This document shows, piece by piece, positions 39,660 through 54,573 of a stretch of DNA of 64,000 bases. Within the stretch, counting starts at the first letter, position 1; the number at the start of each line of letters is the position of its first letter. The stretch is from Eledone cirrhosa (taxonomy: Eukaryota). A model generated the notes under the pieces. The model did not search any database and had not been told where the DNA came from. It saw only the letters and a list, made by a program, of their open reading frames with translations. The translations under genes and the position numbers were made by a program. The stretch covers positions 268,770,001 through 268,834,000 of the forward strand of contig OZ024743.1 of assembly GCA_964016885.1 (NCBI GenBank). The letters run 5' to 3'.

Positions 39660-39865
39660 ACATCGTTATTATCAAAATCATCATCAAGAACATAGTTAAT
39701 TTTATCGGCATCATTATCATCTTCTTCACCATAACCATTATCATCATCACCCCCTCCCCCCATCTTCATCATCATCTTCTTCAGCATAACCATTATCATC
39801 ATCATCATCATTATCATCAGCATCACCATACCCACTTAATCATTATCATCAGCATTATCATCACT
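39130..39865. repeat. (CAT)n/(CTT)n trinucleotide array
   Basis: Direct inspection. Confidence 0.9.
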
Positions 39866-39869
39866 AACA

Positions 39870-42800
39870 ATTACGTTATATCAGAATATGTGAGAATTAC
39901 GTAATATAAGAATATGTAAGAATTACGTTATATCAGAATATGTAAGGATTACGTTATATCAGAATATGTAAGGACTACGTTATATCAGAATATGTAAGAA
40001 TTACGTTATATGAGAATATGTAAGGACTACGTTATATAAGAATATCTAAGAATTACGTTATATCAGAATATGTAAGAATTACGTTATATCAGAATATGTA
40101 AGGACTACGTTATATCAGAATATGTAAGGACTACGTTATATCAGAATATGTGAGAATTACGTTATATCAGAATATCAAAGAACTACGTTATATCAGAATA
40201 TGTGAGAATTACGTTATATCAGAATATGTAAGAATTACGTTATATCAGAATATGTAAAAACTACGTTATATCAGAATATGTAAGAATTACGTTATATCAG
40301 ATTATGTGAGAACTACGTTATATAAGAATATGTAAGAATTATGTTATATCAGAATATGTAAGAATTACGTTATACCAGAATATGTAAGAATGACGTTATA
40401 TCAGAATATGTGAGAATTACGTTATATCCGAATATGTAAGAATTATGTTATATAAGAATATGTAAGAATTACGTTATATCAGAATATGTGAGAATTACGT
40501 TATATCAGAATATGTGAGAATTATGTTATATAAGAATATGTAAGAATTACGTTATATCAGAATATGTTTAATTACGTTATATCCGAATATGTAAGGATTA
40601 CGTTATATAAGAATATGTAAGAATTACGTTATATCAGAATATGTAAGAATTACGTTATATCAGAATATGTAAGGACTACGTTATATCAGAATATGTAAGA
40701 ATTACGTTATATCAGAATATGTAAGGACTACGTTATATAAGAATATGTAAGGACTACGTTATATCAGAATATGTAAGAATTACGTTATATCAGAATATGT
40801 AAGGACTACGTTATATCAGAATATGTAAGGACTACGTTATATCAGAATATGTGAGAATTACGTTATATCAGAATATGTAAGAATTACGTTATATCAGATC
40901 ATGTGAGAACTACGTTATATAAGAATATGTAAGAATTATGTTATATCAGAATATGTAAGAATTACGTTATATCAGAATATGTAAGAATTACGTTATATCA
41001 GAATATGTGAGAATTACGTTATATCCGAATATGTAAGAATTACGTTATATCAGAATATGTGAAAACTACGTTATATCAGAATATGTAAGAATTACGTTAT
41101 ATCAGATTATGTGAGAACTACGTTATATAAGAATATGTAAGAATTATGTTATATCAGAATATGTAAGAATTACGTTATATCAGAATATGTAAGAATGACG
41201 TTATATCAGAATATGTGAGAATTACGTTATATCCGAATATGTAAGAATTATGTTATATAAGAATATGTAAGAATTACGTTATATCAGAATATGTGAGAAT
41301 TACGTTATATCAGAATATGTGAGAATTATGTTATATAAGAATATGTAAGAATTACGTTATATCAGGATATGTTTAATTACGTTATATCCGAATATGTAAG
41401 GATTACGTTATATAAGAATATGTAAGAATTACGTTATATCAGAATATGTAAGAATTACGTTATATCAGAATATGTAAGGACTACGTTATATCAGAATATG
41501 TAAGAATTACGTTATATCAGAATATGTAAGGACTACGTTATATAAGAATATGTAAGGACTACGTTATATCAGAATATGTAAGAATTTCGTTATATCAGAA
41601 TATGTAAGGACTACGTTATATCAGAATATGTAAGGACTACGTTATATCAGAATATGTGAGAATTACGTTATATCAGAATATGTAAGAATTACGTTATATC
41701 AGATCATGTGAGAACTACGTTATATAAGAATATGTAAGAATTATGTTATATCAGAATATGTAAGAATTACGTTATATCAGAATATGTAAGAATTACGTTA
41801 TATCAGAATATGTGAGAATTACTTTATATCCGAATATGTAAGAATTACGTTATATCCGAATATGTAAGAATTATGTTATATAAGAATATGTAAGAAGTAC
41901 GTTATATCAGAATATGTAAGGACTACATTATATCAGAATATGTACGAATTACGTTATATCAGAATATGTAAGAATTACGTTATATCAGAATATGTAAGGA
42001 CTACGTTATATCAGAATATGTGAGAATTACGTTATATCAGAATATGTGAGAATTACGTTATATCAGAATATGTAAGAACTACGTTATATCAGAATATGTA
42101 AGAATTACGTTATATCAGAATATGAAAGAATTACGTTATATCAGAATATGTAAGAATTACGTTATATCAGAATATGTAAGAACTACGTTATATCAGAATA
42201 TGTAAGAATTACGTTATATCAGAATATGTAAGAATTACGTTATATCAGAATATGTAAAAACTACGTTATATCAGAATATGTAAGAATTACGTTATATCAG
42301 ATTATGTGAGAACTACGTTATATAAGAATATGTAAGAATTATGTTATATCAGAATATGTAAGAATTACGTTATATCAGAATATGTAAGAATGACGTTATA
42401 TCAGAATATGTGAGAATTACGTTATATCCGAATATGTAAGAATTATGTTATATAAGAATATGTAAGAATTACGTTATATCAGAATATGTGAGAATTACGT
42501 TATATCAGAATATGTGAGAATTATGTTATATAAGAATATGTAAGAATTACGTTATATCAGAATATGTTTAATTACGTTATATCCGAATATGTAAGGATTA
42601 CGTTATATATGAATATGTAAGAATTACGTTATATCAGAATATGTAAGAATTACGTTATATCAGAATATGTAAGGACTACGTTATATCAGAATATGTAAGA
42701 ATTACGTTATATCGGAATATGTATGGACTACGTTATATAAGAATATGTAAGAATTACGTTATATCAGAATATGTAAGGACTACGTTATATCAGAATATGT

Positions 42801-43686
42801 AAGAATTACGTTATATCAGAATATGTAAGGACTACGTTATATCAGAATATGTAAGGACTACGTTATATCAGAATATGTGAGAATTACGTTATATCAGAAT
42901 ATGTAAGAATTACGTTATATCAGATCATGTGAGAACTACGTTATATAAGAATATGTAAGAATTATGTTATATCAGAATATGTAAGAATTACGTTATATCA
43001 GAATATGTAAGAATTACGTTATATCAGAATATGTAAGAATTACGTTATATCCGAATATGTAAGAATTATGTTATATAAGAATATGTAAGAAGTACGTTAT
43101 ATCAGAATATGTAAGGACTACATTATATCAGAATATGTAAGAATTACGTTATATCAGAATATGTAAGAATTACGTTATATCAGAATATGTAAGGACTACG
43201 TTATATAAGAATATGTGAGAATTACGTTATATCAGAATATGTGAGAATTACGTTATATCAGAATATGTAAGAATTACGTTATATCAGAATATGTAAGAAT
43301 TACGTTATATCAGAATATGAAAGAATTGCGTTATATCAGAATATGTAAGAATTACGTTATATCAGAATATGTAAGAACTACGTTATATCAGAATATGTAA
43401 GAATTACGTTATATCAGATTATGTGAGAACTATGTTATATAAGAATATGCAAGAATTATGTTATATCAGAATATGTAAGAATTACGTTTTATCAGAATAT
43501 GTAAGAATTACGTTATATCAGAATATGTGAGAATTACGTTATATCAGAATATGTAAGAATTACGTTATATCAGAATATGTAAGAATTATGTTATATAAGA
43601 ATATATAAGAAGTACGTTATATCAGAATATGTAAGAATTACGTTATATCAGAATATGTAAGAATTATGTTATATCAGAATATGTAA
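39870..43686. repeat. 26-bp satellite, about 147 units, with higher-order repeat
   Basis: Unit ttacgttatatcagaatatgtaagaa. Diagnostic variants recur at 805-bp and 1195-bp spacing. Confidence 0.97.
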
Positions 43687-43924
43687 GTAGATCAGTACTC
43701 CTTAGAATACTATTTCCAGCCTTAGCTTCCGAAAGCTACATTCCCACCACCCACAACCAGCCCAACCACCACCCATAACCAGTCCAACCACCACCCACAA
43801 CCAGCACAACCACCACCCACAACCAGTCAAGCCACCATCCTAACCACACATTTACCAAGATAGCCAAACCCCAAAAGCAATCATCATCACAATCCATCAT
43901 AATTAAAACATCAACAGCATAATT

Positions 43925-44008
43925 ACTTCACAACATCCATTACAGTCTCTTCCTCTTCATCATCATGATTTTCATGTTCTTCATCATCATCATCATCATC
44001 ATCATCCT

Positions 44009-44048
<40 letters not shown>

Positions 44049-44370
44049 AGAAGCAGAAGTAGTAACATACTTGTCATCAACAGCATCATGATCATCATCA
44101 TCACCATTGCCATCGTCGTTGCAATCATCATCATTATAATCATCATCAGCAGCACCACCACCATCGTGGCCACCACCATCATCATCATCATCATCATCAT
44201 CATCCTCATCATTATCATCACCAACAGCATCACCACAATCACCATTACCACCATTGTCAGTACCAGAACCACCAGCTCTACAGCCGCCACCACCAACACA
44301 TAGAGCAACACAATCATCATGGCTATCCTTATAATCTACATTATCATCATCATCATCATGGCCACCACCA
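43925..44370. repeat. (CAT)n/(CAG)n trinucleotide array
   Basis: Direct inspection. Confidence 0.9.
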
Positions 44371-44571
44371 CTGTAATTTCCATCGCTGATGCATGTGCAG
44401 GTGGGTGGGGTTTGACGAAGGAAGCCCAGTGTAAAAGTGAAAGTCACGATTGATGTTCTAAGCTGACACCTGTATCAACAATGGCGGATGGTAGGAGTGT
44501 TGATTCGAAACAGTCTTCTCCGATATTCTTTGATTTATGAAACAACATATGTACACAGGCAAACATATATG

Positions 44572-44667
<96 letters not shown>

Positions 44668-44809
44668 ATATATGTATATATATATTCTTATATATATATG
44701 TGTATATATATATATGTGTGTGTGTGTGCGTATGTGTGTGTGTGTGTATATGTGTGTGTGTTTATGTGTGTGTGTTTATGTGTTTGTGTGTGTGTGTGTG
44801 TGTGTGTTT

Positions 44810-44880
44810 GTGCGTGAGCGTGAATATGTAAATACATATATTTATGAATACGTACATAAATATATGTATTTATATATTCT

Positions 44881-44913
<33 letters not shown>

Positions 44914-45008
44914 CTGTGTGTGTGTGTGTGTGTGTTTGTGCGTGAGCGTGAATATGTAAATACATATATTTATGAATACGTACATAAATATATGTATTTA
45001 TATATTCT

Positions 45009-45041
<33 letters not shown>

Positions 45042-45053
45042 CTGTGTGTGTGT

Positions 45054-45142
<89 letters not shown>

Positions 45143-45208
45143 TGTGTGCGTGAGCGTGAATATGTAAATACATATATTTATGAATACGTACATAAATATA
45201 TGTATTTC
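44810..45208. repeat. Three tandem copies of a ~60-bp unit separated by TA/TG microsatellite
   Basis: gtgcgtgagcgtgaatatgtaaatacatatatttatgaatacgtacataaatatatgtattt occurs three times. Confidence 0.9.
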
Positions 45209-45511
45209 CATATGTTTCCATCGTTTCACGTCAGTAGTATAATTTATTTTGATATTTATATGAAATGATCATGCACGTGTGTTTGTGTGTGTTTGTGCCT
45301 GTATGTGCGTGTGTGTGTGTGTGTGTGTGCCTGTGTCTATTTGTGTATGTGGGTGCGTATGTGTGTATAAGCGGTTGAGTTACATCTAATATATATGTAA
45401 ATGCAGAAAACACTCGGACAGTCACGAAAACAAACACAGACAGATAGCTGAACACACATAAGTATATGGATATCTATCTATCCATCTATCTATTTATCTA
45501 TCCATCTAATG

Positions 45512-45617
<106 letters not shown>

Positions 45618-45752
45618 CATACATATATATATGTGTGTGTGTGTATATGTATATATATATGGATACATCTATACACACATACATATACACTCACACACAT
45701 AAACACAAATGCACACATGTACACACACACACACACATATATATATATATGT

Positions 45753-45799
<47 letters not shown>

Positions 45800-45829
45800 T
45801 TTATATACATATGTGTGTGTGTGTATGTG

Positions 45830-45891
<62 letters not shown>

Positions 45892-46563
45892 CATTACACA
45901 TTTTCTCCTTCCTGTGCTAGACGTCTTTCGTGTTGAGAAGTATAACTAATGTTACTGATAATGATGGTGTTGATGCTGATGACGATGATGATGATAATGA
46001 TAATGAAGACAAAGATGTTGATACATCTGTTGAGGTTGTCTTTCTTTATTTTGATCATTAAATAGTATTTGTAAAATAGAATAACTTAAATGGCAATGAT
46101 TTTTGCAGCATGAATATTACTTAATTCTTACTTCCGGTCCGACATGTTTTTTCCAGGAAATAAGACGACATCTAAAGAATATATATTAAATGAGCGGCAT
46201 TTATAAAGTAGCTTATATACTGACTAAACTTCCGTTTGGAGTGAATTACTGTTTTCAGATTTGTTTTGTTTTCTTTAGTTTTTAATTCTGGTTGGTTTGT
46301 TGGTGTTATTTTACGAATATTCTTCTAACAATCCTTGTGCTTGGGTAAAGGTATGAATATATACGTTGTTGTGTAGTTATGGTATTAGTTGCACAATTAC
46401 AGGGTCCAATGTTCGATTCTAAAGCACGGTTGTTGGAGGTTCATCAATGTCTTGTGAGTAGCAATCGGTAAAAATAAAGTACTGAGAAGATCCGCTATAT
46501 ATATACCTGTGTGGGGGTACATAAATAGATAGATAAATAGATAGTTAGAAAAGTATATATATA

Positions 46564-46662
<99 letters not shown>

Positions 46663-46723
46663 GGGGCGAGAAATAGAAAGATAGATAGATGATAGATAGA
46701 TAGATAATTAGATAGATAGATAT

Positions 46724-48054
46724 CTTTCTTTATTTGTCACAGAGGCGTACAAAGATGGGATATTACAAGACGTGACGGCGGGGGTTTTACATAAAATCTT
46801 TAACAATAATAATGGATAACAATAAAATATATACAAAATATAACAATCGAAATCCCAATTAGGGGGGAACATTACTGCGGGGTTGTTTTACACCCTGTGG
46901 ATAGAACAACCCTCAACACCAGGAACACGTTTTGTAGGTGTTCACGTCTTCCCTCTGTTTATCTTCCCCAACCTACAGGTTTATATACAGAGAAGGCCCA
47001 TTCACCCGGGCCATTTTCGCCACATTCATCCACCGTTCAGCGAATTTACTGGGGTGTAGCACCTCTCTCTCTCCACTCTCACCTTCCTTCTGAAGTGGTA
47101 CTTAAAGAAGGGGATGAGTTGTTGTCCGGAGAGAAAGGTCTTTGCCCTCAGTCCTTTTAACCTCGTCCACCATATTACCTCTTTCGCCATAGCCACCAGA
47201 CAGAGTAAGACCGCCTCTCCTTCATTCTTAAATGAAGGCGGCGGGGTGATCCTCACGATGGACTCGGCTGACAACTGGATGCGTCCTACACGTGACAGCA
47301 GCTGTTTGACATAATTCCACAAGTCGGTCACCCCTGGGCACTGAACAATTGCGTGCAGAACGGTTTCCATGTCCTGCTTGCATCTTGGACAGGTCCTTTT
47401 GTCAGGATCTCTGCCAGGGTTCCGTACCTGTAGATTTTGTCTCGAACTGGTAGAGCTCCTCGGTAGCACTGCCAGTCAAGAGACTTCTGGAAGTTATCCA
47501 TAGGCCCTGGACGGAAAGTCCTCCCGAACTGGTCAGATCGTCTTCCTCGATGCCTAGAGTTTCCCCGAGAACGTCGTCGCACTTATCCTCCACTAATCCT
47601 CTATAGAATATCGGAATGGAGTCTCCGCTGATTGCCGTTTCCGCTTGGTAGTGCTGTGAACGCCTGAATGCACTCGAGGTGCCAGGCGCCCATTTTCGGT
47701 CTTCGCTTGACCCAGGACTGCAGCTCTGTTAGTGAGACGAGTTGTGGAAGAGCTCGCCTCACAAACGAGAGCCACACTGGTTCCCCGGTCAGGAATACCT
47801 GGAGATGGCGTAGCCTCAGCGCATCTTTGCGCATCTTCAGCCACGGTATGCCCAGCCCTCCGTTAGAAGAGTGTTGACAGCAGATGGATCTCCTCGCCAA
47901 TAGTGCCAGTCTCTTCCAGAGGAACTTGAAGAGTAGGCGTTCCATTTTGGTGAGGTATTCGCGGGTACAAGGCACGACTGTCAAGCGGTAGTAGATCACG
48001 GACGCTATGTAAGTGTTCGCCACCTCCGCTCGACCTTTTAAGGATAGTTTGCAC
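46724..48054 (-). mobile_element. 5'-truncated Tx1 LINE copy
   Basis: KLSLKGRAEVANTYIASVIYYRLTVVPC and CPRC...METVLHAIVQC are homologous to 15701-16879. The 3' end abuts (GATA)n. Confidence 0.92.
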
Positions 48055-48069
48055 ACACATATATATGTA

Positions 48070-48286
48070 CAGGGTGGGCCAAAATTCATGACTCGCTTGT
48101 AAGTTATATTTCTTAGCATGTTTATTTTATTGTTATTGTATCGTTTTAATTTATCATTTTATTTCTTAATATGCTTAGCAGGTTTCTTAATTTATATTTT
48201 TATTATATAACTTAACTTGTTTTATAACATTTTGTGTTAGCAGATCTATAAATAATCAAATGAGTCATGAATTATGGCCCACGCTT
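48070..48286. mobile_element. Tc1/mariner MITE
   Basis: TIR cagggtgggccaaaattcatgactc / gagtcatgaattatggcccacgctt with TA flanks. Confidence 0.75.
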
Positions 48287-50511
48287 TATATAAATACGTT
48301 TGTTTGTGTGTGTGTGTGAAAGTGTGGGTGTGTATATGTTCTCAATAAAGAATACTCTTGTATATAAGGACACATGTACACAAACGCAATCCCGCCAAGA
48401 ACAGTGACAATGGGTTCCAACAATTAATATAATGAAATAAGTACTGAATGCAATATTGACAAATGTATTGACGTTTCTCTAACAGCAAGAGGAAAAATGT
48501 AATCCTAGTGGTAATTGTTTAATAGTCTTGAAACAAGGGGGAGTCACTGGGCAGAAACCATGAATGATTTTTCTAGTTAATTTAGATGTTTAGGAAAAAG
48601 GCCGTTTGGTCTTTTTTTGCACTCACCGGACATCTGTGACATATGTTTCTGTGTATTTGAACTCATCAGTGCAGTGAAGTCAATTACAATCAACAGAGCA
48701 ACGGATGGGATTTTATGTATAAAATTATTTGCATGATTAAACATAACAAAAGAAGATAAGGGCATTTACAGAAATCGAATAACATGAAAATGGACTCTGT
48801 AATTAACCCACTTGATACAAACACACTCATAACCACCCATGGTTATATGAAGCAAAATTAATTTAAAGGGTTAGCAATTAAATTTGAAAAATTTTCCAAC
48901 ATAATTCAATATAAGAATTTTCTTAATATCAACTTAATATTGAGCTTGCCACCTGTCTTGGGAGGTCTAGGATAGACGCACAAAGATTGCGTATCCCGAG
49001 ACGATTTCCTCCGTAAAGTTGGAAAGAGAGCAAAAATGAGCCTCGTGAAGTGAGGTGACTGTTGCAGCAGCTGCCCCTGTCCATTCTCTGCGGCAATGAC
49101 TTTGACATTTTGTTCGAGGGGCACAGCCGAAACACCGTTTAACTGGGGATGTAGGTTCTGTCGCCCACACCCCTCTCCCTTTCTTTGTTGCTCAATTCTT
49201 TTTTCTTTTTCTTCTTTTCCTTATTGCCATGTATATTGTACAGTCTTTATCATATTTTCCATTTAGTAAAATAAATTAGTATTGTGTTTCATATTTATTG
49301 AAATTTCTATCGAAGCTCGACAAAAAAAAACAACAAAAAACAACAACATTATGCCAATTTTTATTGACACGGAAAGAAAGGGAAATTCAATTTCAATAAA
49401 TCAAGAGTTTATATCATGAGTTGATTTACATGCTAAAGGAAAGGAGAGTCTGATCTTTGTTTGCATGGAAGGGCCCATTAAGGATATGCATTTCAGTTTC
49501 AACGTCATTGGGTAATATTAGAGAAATTATGGCCAGACATCAATGCATATATGAGTAAAATTAATATTTTAATAATTTATGTTTATTTCATTGAACCGAG
49601 GTGAATTATCAGAACGTTTAGAGTGATCTTGCACAGAAGATTTTACATATCTTCGGTCTAGTTTGCTGTGAGCTCCAAATTCACTGAAGTTAGCTTTGAC
49701 TTTCACCCTTCTAGGAAGGAAATATATAGTGCTGTACATGTACTGGGGTTGATTTAATTGACTTCAGATCTGTGACAATATGCAACAGATCAGCATGGTA
49801 TTTTTTAATCCCAATCGCCGACTAATGGTGGGGGCACGCCCAGTCTCCTAGAAAATTACGTTGAGGGTACACTCACTTAAGGAATGCTGTTGAGGATAAA
49901 CGTTAAGTTTGTAAGAAGGCTAGCTAATCCATTGTGGAACAACCGGTACACAAACGCCGAAATACAGACAAATGTCTATCCATTAATTCTACTACAGTCA
50001 CACCAATATTATACAATATTTTACATTGGTAACCTATATAAATAAGGTGTTTTAATTTAGGCTCAAGACAGCAAATGGTTTTAGTGGCGAGGTGGGTAGG
50101 TTGATTATATAGATGCTGTAGTTGCCTGGTCTTTCATTATAACGAGCAAGGGGGTATAAAGGCAAATTTAACCTCGTGATTTGAACACACAACAAACAAA
50201 AGTGGAACAGATACCGCAAATAATTTTGTATGAGGCTCTAACGAATTCATTAATCGGCAGAAACATATGAAAATGATTAATAAGATATTCTTTCACTGTC
50301 TCAATAGTTGTCTATTTGTCTGTCTCTCTCTTTGTCACTCACTCTCTCCTCTCTCCAAAGCAAAGACCATTAAAAGAGCGGTGACACACACAAAAATATA
50401 TATATTTATATATTTACACGCATATTTGCTTGCATGTGTGTATATAGATATGTGTGTGTTTTCAACTGTGTGTGCGTGTGAGAGATAGAGATAGAGAGAG
50501 CTATAGATATA

Positions 50512-52500
50512 TTTCTTTATTTGCCACAAGGGCGCAGAAGAAAAGGGGACAATACAAAGACACATGCCGGGGATTTTACATACAGTCGTGTAAGAAAAAA
50601 AAAATGAAACAAACAAACAATTATAACAATCAAATCCCCAATAGGGGGAGACGCCACAAATGGAGCGTGTTGTGCAAGTGCACCTTTCTTCCTTTTGCTC
50701 TCTTCTTCAACCTACAGGCTTACAGACAGAGAAGGCCCAATCACTAGGGCCATTTTCGCTTCATTCACCCACCTTTCAGTGTTTGGGGTGGTATTGGTGT
50801 TGGTTTTGCTGATAGGGATGTTTGACTGTGGTGTTGTCTGTGTTGTTGTTTGTGTCTGTGGTTGTGTGTTGGTGTTGGTGATTGGAGTTTGGGGGGTTTT
50901 GTAGTGTCTCCTTTTTTGTCTTTTAGATTTCCGCGGCTCTCCCGCTTCTTCACTTAAAGAAGGAGAAGCAGCTTCATCCGTCGATGAATAATCATCGCCA
51001 GGAGAGTGGGGTAGGGGTATGTTGTGTGGTGGTGGTGTTTTGGTGTGTGTGTTTGTGGTAGTGTTTGATCGAGTGGGATGTGGTTGGGATGTGTTCTCCA
51101 GGGGTGTGGTCTCTGTCTTTTCTGTTGTTGTTGGTTGAGTGGCTGTTTGTTTTGGTGTGGTTGCTCGTTTCGTCTGTCGTTGTACTTGTGGTGGTGGTGG
51201 TTGTGTTGGTGTTGGTGTTGGTAATAGTGTTTTTTTAATGATGTTGTTGTGGTGTGTTTGTGAAGGACAAGAGGCTTTTAGGTGTGCTGTGCTACCACAG
51301 CGAAAGCAATGAAATTGTCATCCTTCTACCGAAATGTTTATTTTGTTGTTATCATCGATGACGACTCTTTCGGGTATTTTGGAGATTCTCTCCGGCCTCA
51401 TTTGCAACAGAATCTCCAAATGAGTAACCGCCCACCTTTATCGAATAGACTTTCGTATCGAAAGAATCATATCAGTTTCTGGCTCTACGAAGCCAGCTAA
51501 GATCCACCAGATGTTAATGTTTGTTGGTATATTTTTATTTTTTGTCCTTTATCCCATGTATGTAGGGAAAAAGGTGAATGCTTTTGACACTATTGGTGTC
51601 ACAGAATGTTTTTGGGCGAGTGCCTCGCTTTTAAACAGTACGGAAACACTTCCGTACTGTTTTCCTCGTTGGAGAAATTCGATATTTGCTAGAATTTCTT
51701 TCAAGGTATTTTCTATATCTCCTTGGCTAACAAATATCGGCTTTCTCGTGGTATTGGACACAGTCCTAAAGATCACTGATCTTCGAACTGTGTCTTCTTT
51801 TATTTCAAAGGATGAGTTAATTCTAAACCCACCCTTTTCTTCGAAAGTTACAAATGTTCTCCCTTGCTGGAGCATATCTATTGCATTGGAGATGTCAAGA
51901 TTTATAAAATCTTGTTTTTTGTTCACTGTTTCAGCGAAAGACTTTTTCTTGTGTGGTGTTGCTGTTGTTCTTGTTGTTGTTATCGTCGTTAGCCTCGGTG
52001 TTGGAAATCTCAGCTCCTTGAAAAGGTGAAACTTTATGTGTAGATGTGTCTGTGGAGTTGTTGATGTTGTTTTTGTCATGTGTATGTATGTTAATGGGTT
52101 TAATTCCTGTGTTTTCATTTTTTTTTCTGCTTCGACGGTAGAAATTGTATAATCTTCAAGTGGCAATATTTGTTGACAGTGGTATCTATTGCGACGTCCA
52201 TAGTAGCAGAAGCAGATATAACGTTAAAATCTTCCTCTTTCTCTCTCTTTTCTCTGTCGACGTTCTACAGCGTTCCCTTGGTGTTATTCATGTTTTATAG
52301 TTGGCAAAATTTGATATATTAAAACAATTTTTTAATTAAATTTTCGCCCCTAAAGGAGCGAAAAATGGGATTACCACCCAGCTGACAATTCAGCTTGGGG
52401 TTTAATCTACAAAATAATATGTTTCTTTCAAATAATTTGTTCTGTTTTTCGTATATAAATTTACAAAAATTTCTTACCGGCGATGTTCCACGCGTCAAGC
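50512..52500 (-). mobile_element. Internally deleted Tx1 derivative: 5'UTR and ORF1 fused to the 3' end
   Basis: ORF1 homolog at 51549-52166 and knuckle CFRCGSTAHLKASCP near 51265-51310. 50512-50778 matches the ORF2 tail and 3'UTR of the other copies. Confidence 0.8.
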
Positions 52501-52557
<57 letters not shown>

Positions 52558-52558
52558 T

Positions 52559-53517
52559 CTTTATTTGCCACTGGGGCGCACAAAAATGGGACTTTACAAG
52601 ACGGCGGGGGTTTTACATAAAATCTTTAACAATGATAGATAACAATAAAATATATAAAAATAAAACAATTGAAATTCCCATTAGGGGCTGGGGGTAACGC
52701 TACTGCGGTTTTGTTTTACACCCCCTGGATAGAACAACCCTCAACACCAGGAACACGTTTTGTAGGTGTTCCCGTTTTCCCGCTCTTTATCTTCCTCAAC
52801 CTACAGGTTTATATACAGAGAGGGCCCATTCACCCGGGCCATTTTCGCCACATTTACCCACCTTTCAGCGAATTTACTGGGGTGTAGCACCTCTCTCTCT
52901 CCACTCTCACCTTCCTTCTGAAATGGTACTTAAAGAAGGGGATGAGTTGTTGTCCGGAGAGAAAGGAGCTTGCCCTCAGTCCTTTTAACCTCGTCCACCA
53001 TATTACCTCTTTCGCCATAGCCACCAGACAGTTGAAGACAGCCTCTTCTTCATTCTTAAATGAAGGCGGCGGAGTGATCCTCATGATGGACTCGACTGGC
53101 AACTGGATGCGTCCTACACGTGACAGCAGCTGTTTGACATAATTCCAAAGGTCGGTCACCGCTGGGCACTGAACAATTGCGTACAGAACGGTTTCGATGT
53201 CCTGCTCGTATCTTGGACAGGTCCTTTTGCCAGGATCTCTGCCAGGGCGTCCGTGCCTGTAGATTTTGTCTCGAACTGGTAGAGCTCCTCGGTAGCACTG
53301 CCAGGCCAGAGACCTCTGCAAGTTATCCATAGGCCCTGGACGGAAAGTCCTCCTGAATAGACTGGTCAGTTCGTCTTCTTCGATGCCTAGAGTTTCCCTG
53401 AGAACGTCGTCGCACTTATCCTCCACTAATCCCCTATAGAATGTCGAAGTGGAGTCTCCGCTGATTTCTGTTTCCGCTTGGTAGAGGGCTGTGAGCGCCT
53501 GAAGGCACTCGAGGTGC
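52559..53517 (-). mobile_element. 5'-truncated Tx1 LINE copy with (GATA)n on both sides
   Basis: Highly similar to 46724-47680. GATA tracts at 52501-52557 and 53519-53539. Confidence 0.92.
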
Positions 53518-53872
53518 AGATAGATAGATAGATAGATAGCTATAAGTAAACAAAGAAATCCTTCGATATAACATCCGATTATTGCCTTACGTCGTGCAAA
53601 CAATTATATACAGATAATTATATAACATAATTTCACCGGGCTCTAAAGGTATTGTTACTCCCTCAGATAGGTAAACAAAACGGAATCAAGAACCAGCTTA
53701 TCCCTGGATTATCGATAAACCTCCATATATAGTATACATCTTATACAAAATCATTGAGGGGTTAATCCCAATAAAGTAATCTAAAATAATACTTCACAAG
53801 CATATTTACCTGGGGATAAATTCCTAGTCAAGCAATCTAAAGATTGAAGGCTTCACTAAGTTACTTTACTGC

Positions 53873-54001
<129 letters not shown>

Positions 54002-54123
54002 TGTGTGTGTGTGTGTATAAAAAGATATAGTTCAAGAATAAAGGTGAAAAAGCACGTAAGTATATTTAAAGATTACTTTTTCTTTAATCTCACAGGATGA
54101 ATAATGTTATAATTGTTGCATTA

Positions 54124-54166
54124 AATATAATCGGTTTCGATTGGTATAACAATCTTATCAAATATT
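54124..54166 (-). ncRNA. Minimal hammerhead with U3-A8 core
   Basis: AAUAU-UUGAUAA-GAUUG uuauac CAAUC-GAA-AccgaU-U-AUAUU. Confidence 0.7.
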
Positions 54167-54504
54167 AAATATCACATATTAAATATCAAATATTTAAAAA
54201 TGTTCCTTCATGTATTTTGTGTGGAGTTTGAATATATGTGAAACTTCTGTCAAAATGTCTTCTGATATGATGTTCTTTATGAAGGTGCGGTGTTGAAGGT
54301 GGACGTAATATTCCATTGATTTCACTTGGTTCAAAAAACAGAAATGATCTTACCATTCATAATAATGGTCTAGATGGCATTGTTAATGTGTATGCGTTCT
54401 GTATGGGTATTAAGGGGAGGTTCAATTGTCTAAAAAATGTTAGTGTTTGGGGCTTGTGAAAGAAGCTGAAAAGAGTGGATATAGAGTTTTTCTTTTGTCT
54501 TGTG

Positions 54505-54573
<69 letters not shown>

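Noticed and set aside
39139-39904. Acidic D/E-rich ORFs (also 43923-44447)
   Set aside because: Translation of CAT/CTT microsatellites.
39870-43686. CRISPR-like array
   Set aside because: Units are contiguous with no unique spacers, there are no cas genes, and the context is eukaryotic.
44455-44520. Hammerhead at ctgacac...atcaaca/tgttgat..gaaacagtc
   Set aside because: Core positions 8-9 are wrong and stem I is weak. At most a decayed remnant.
48906-49170. GC-richer segment with three overlapping short ORFs
   Set aside because: No recognisable motif or splice-bounded frame, so no call can be supported.
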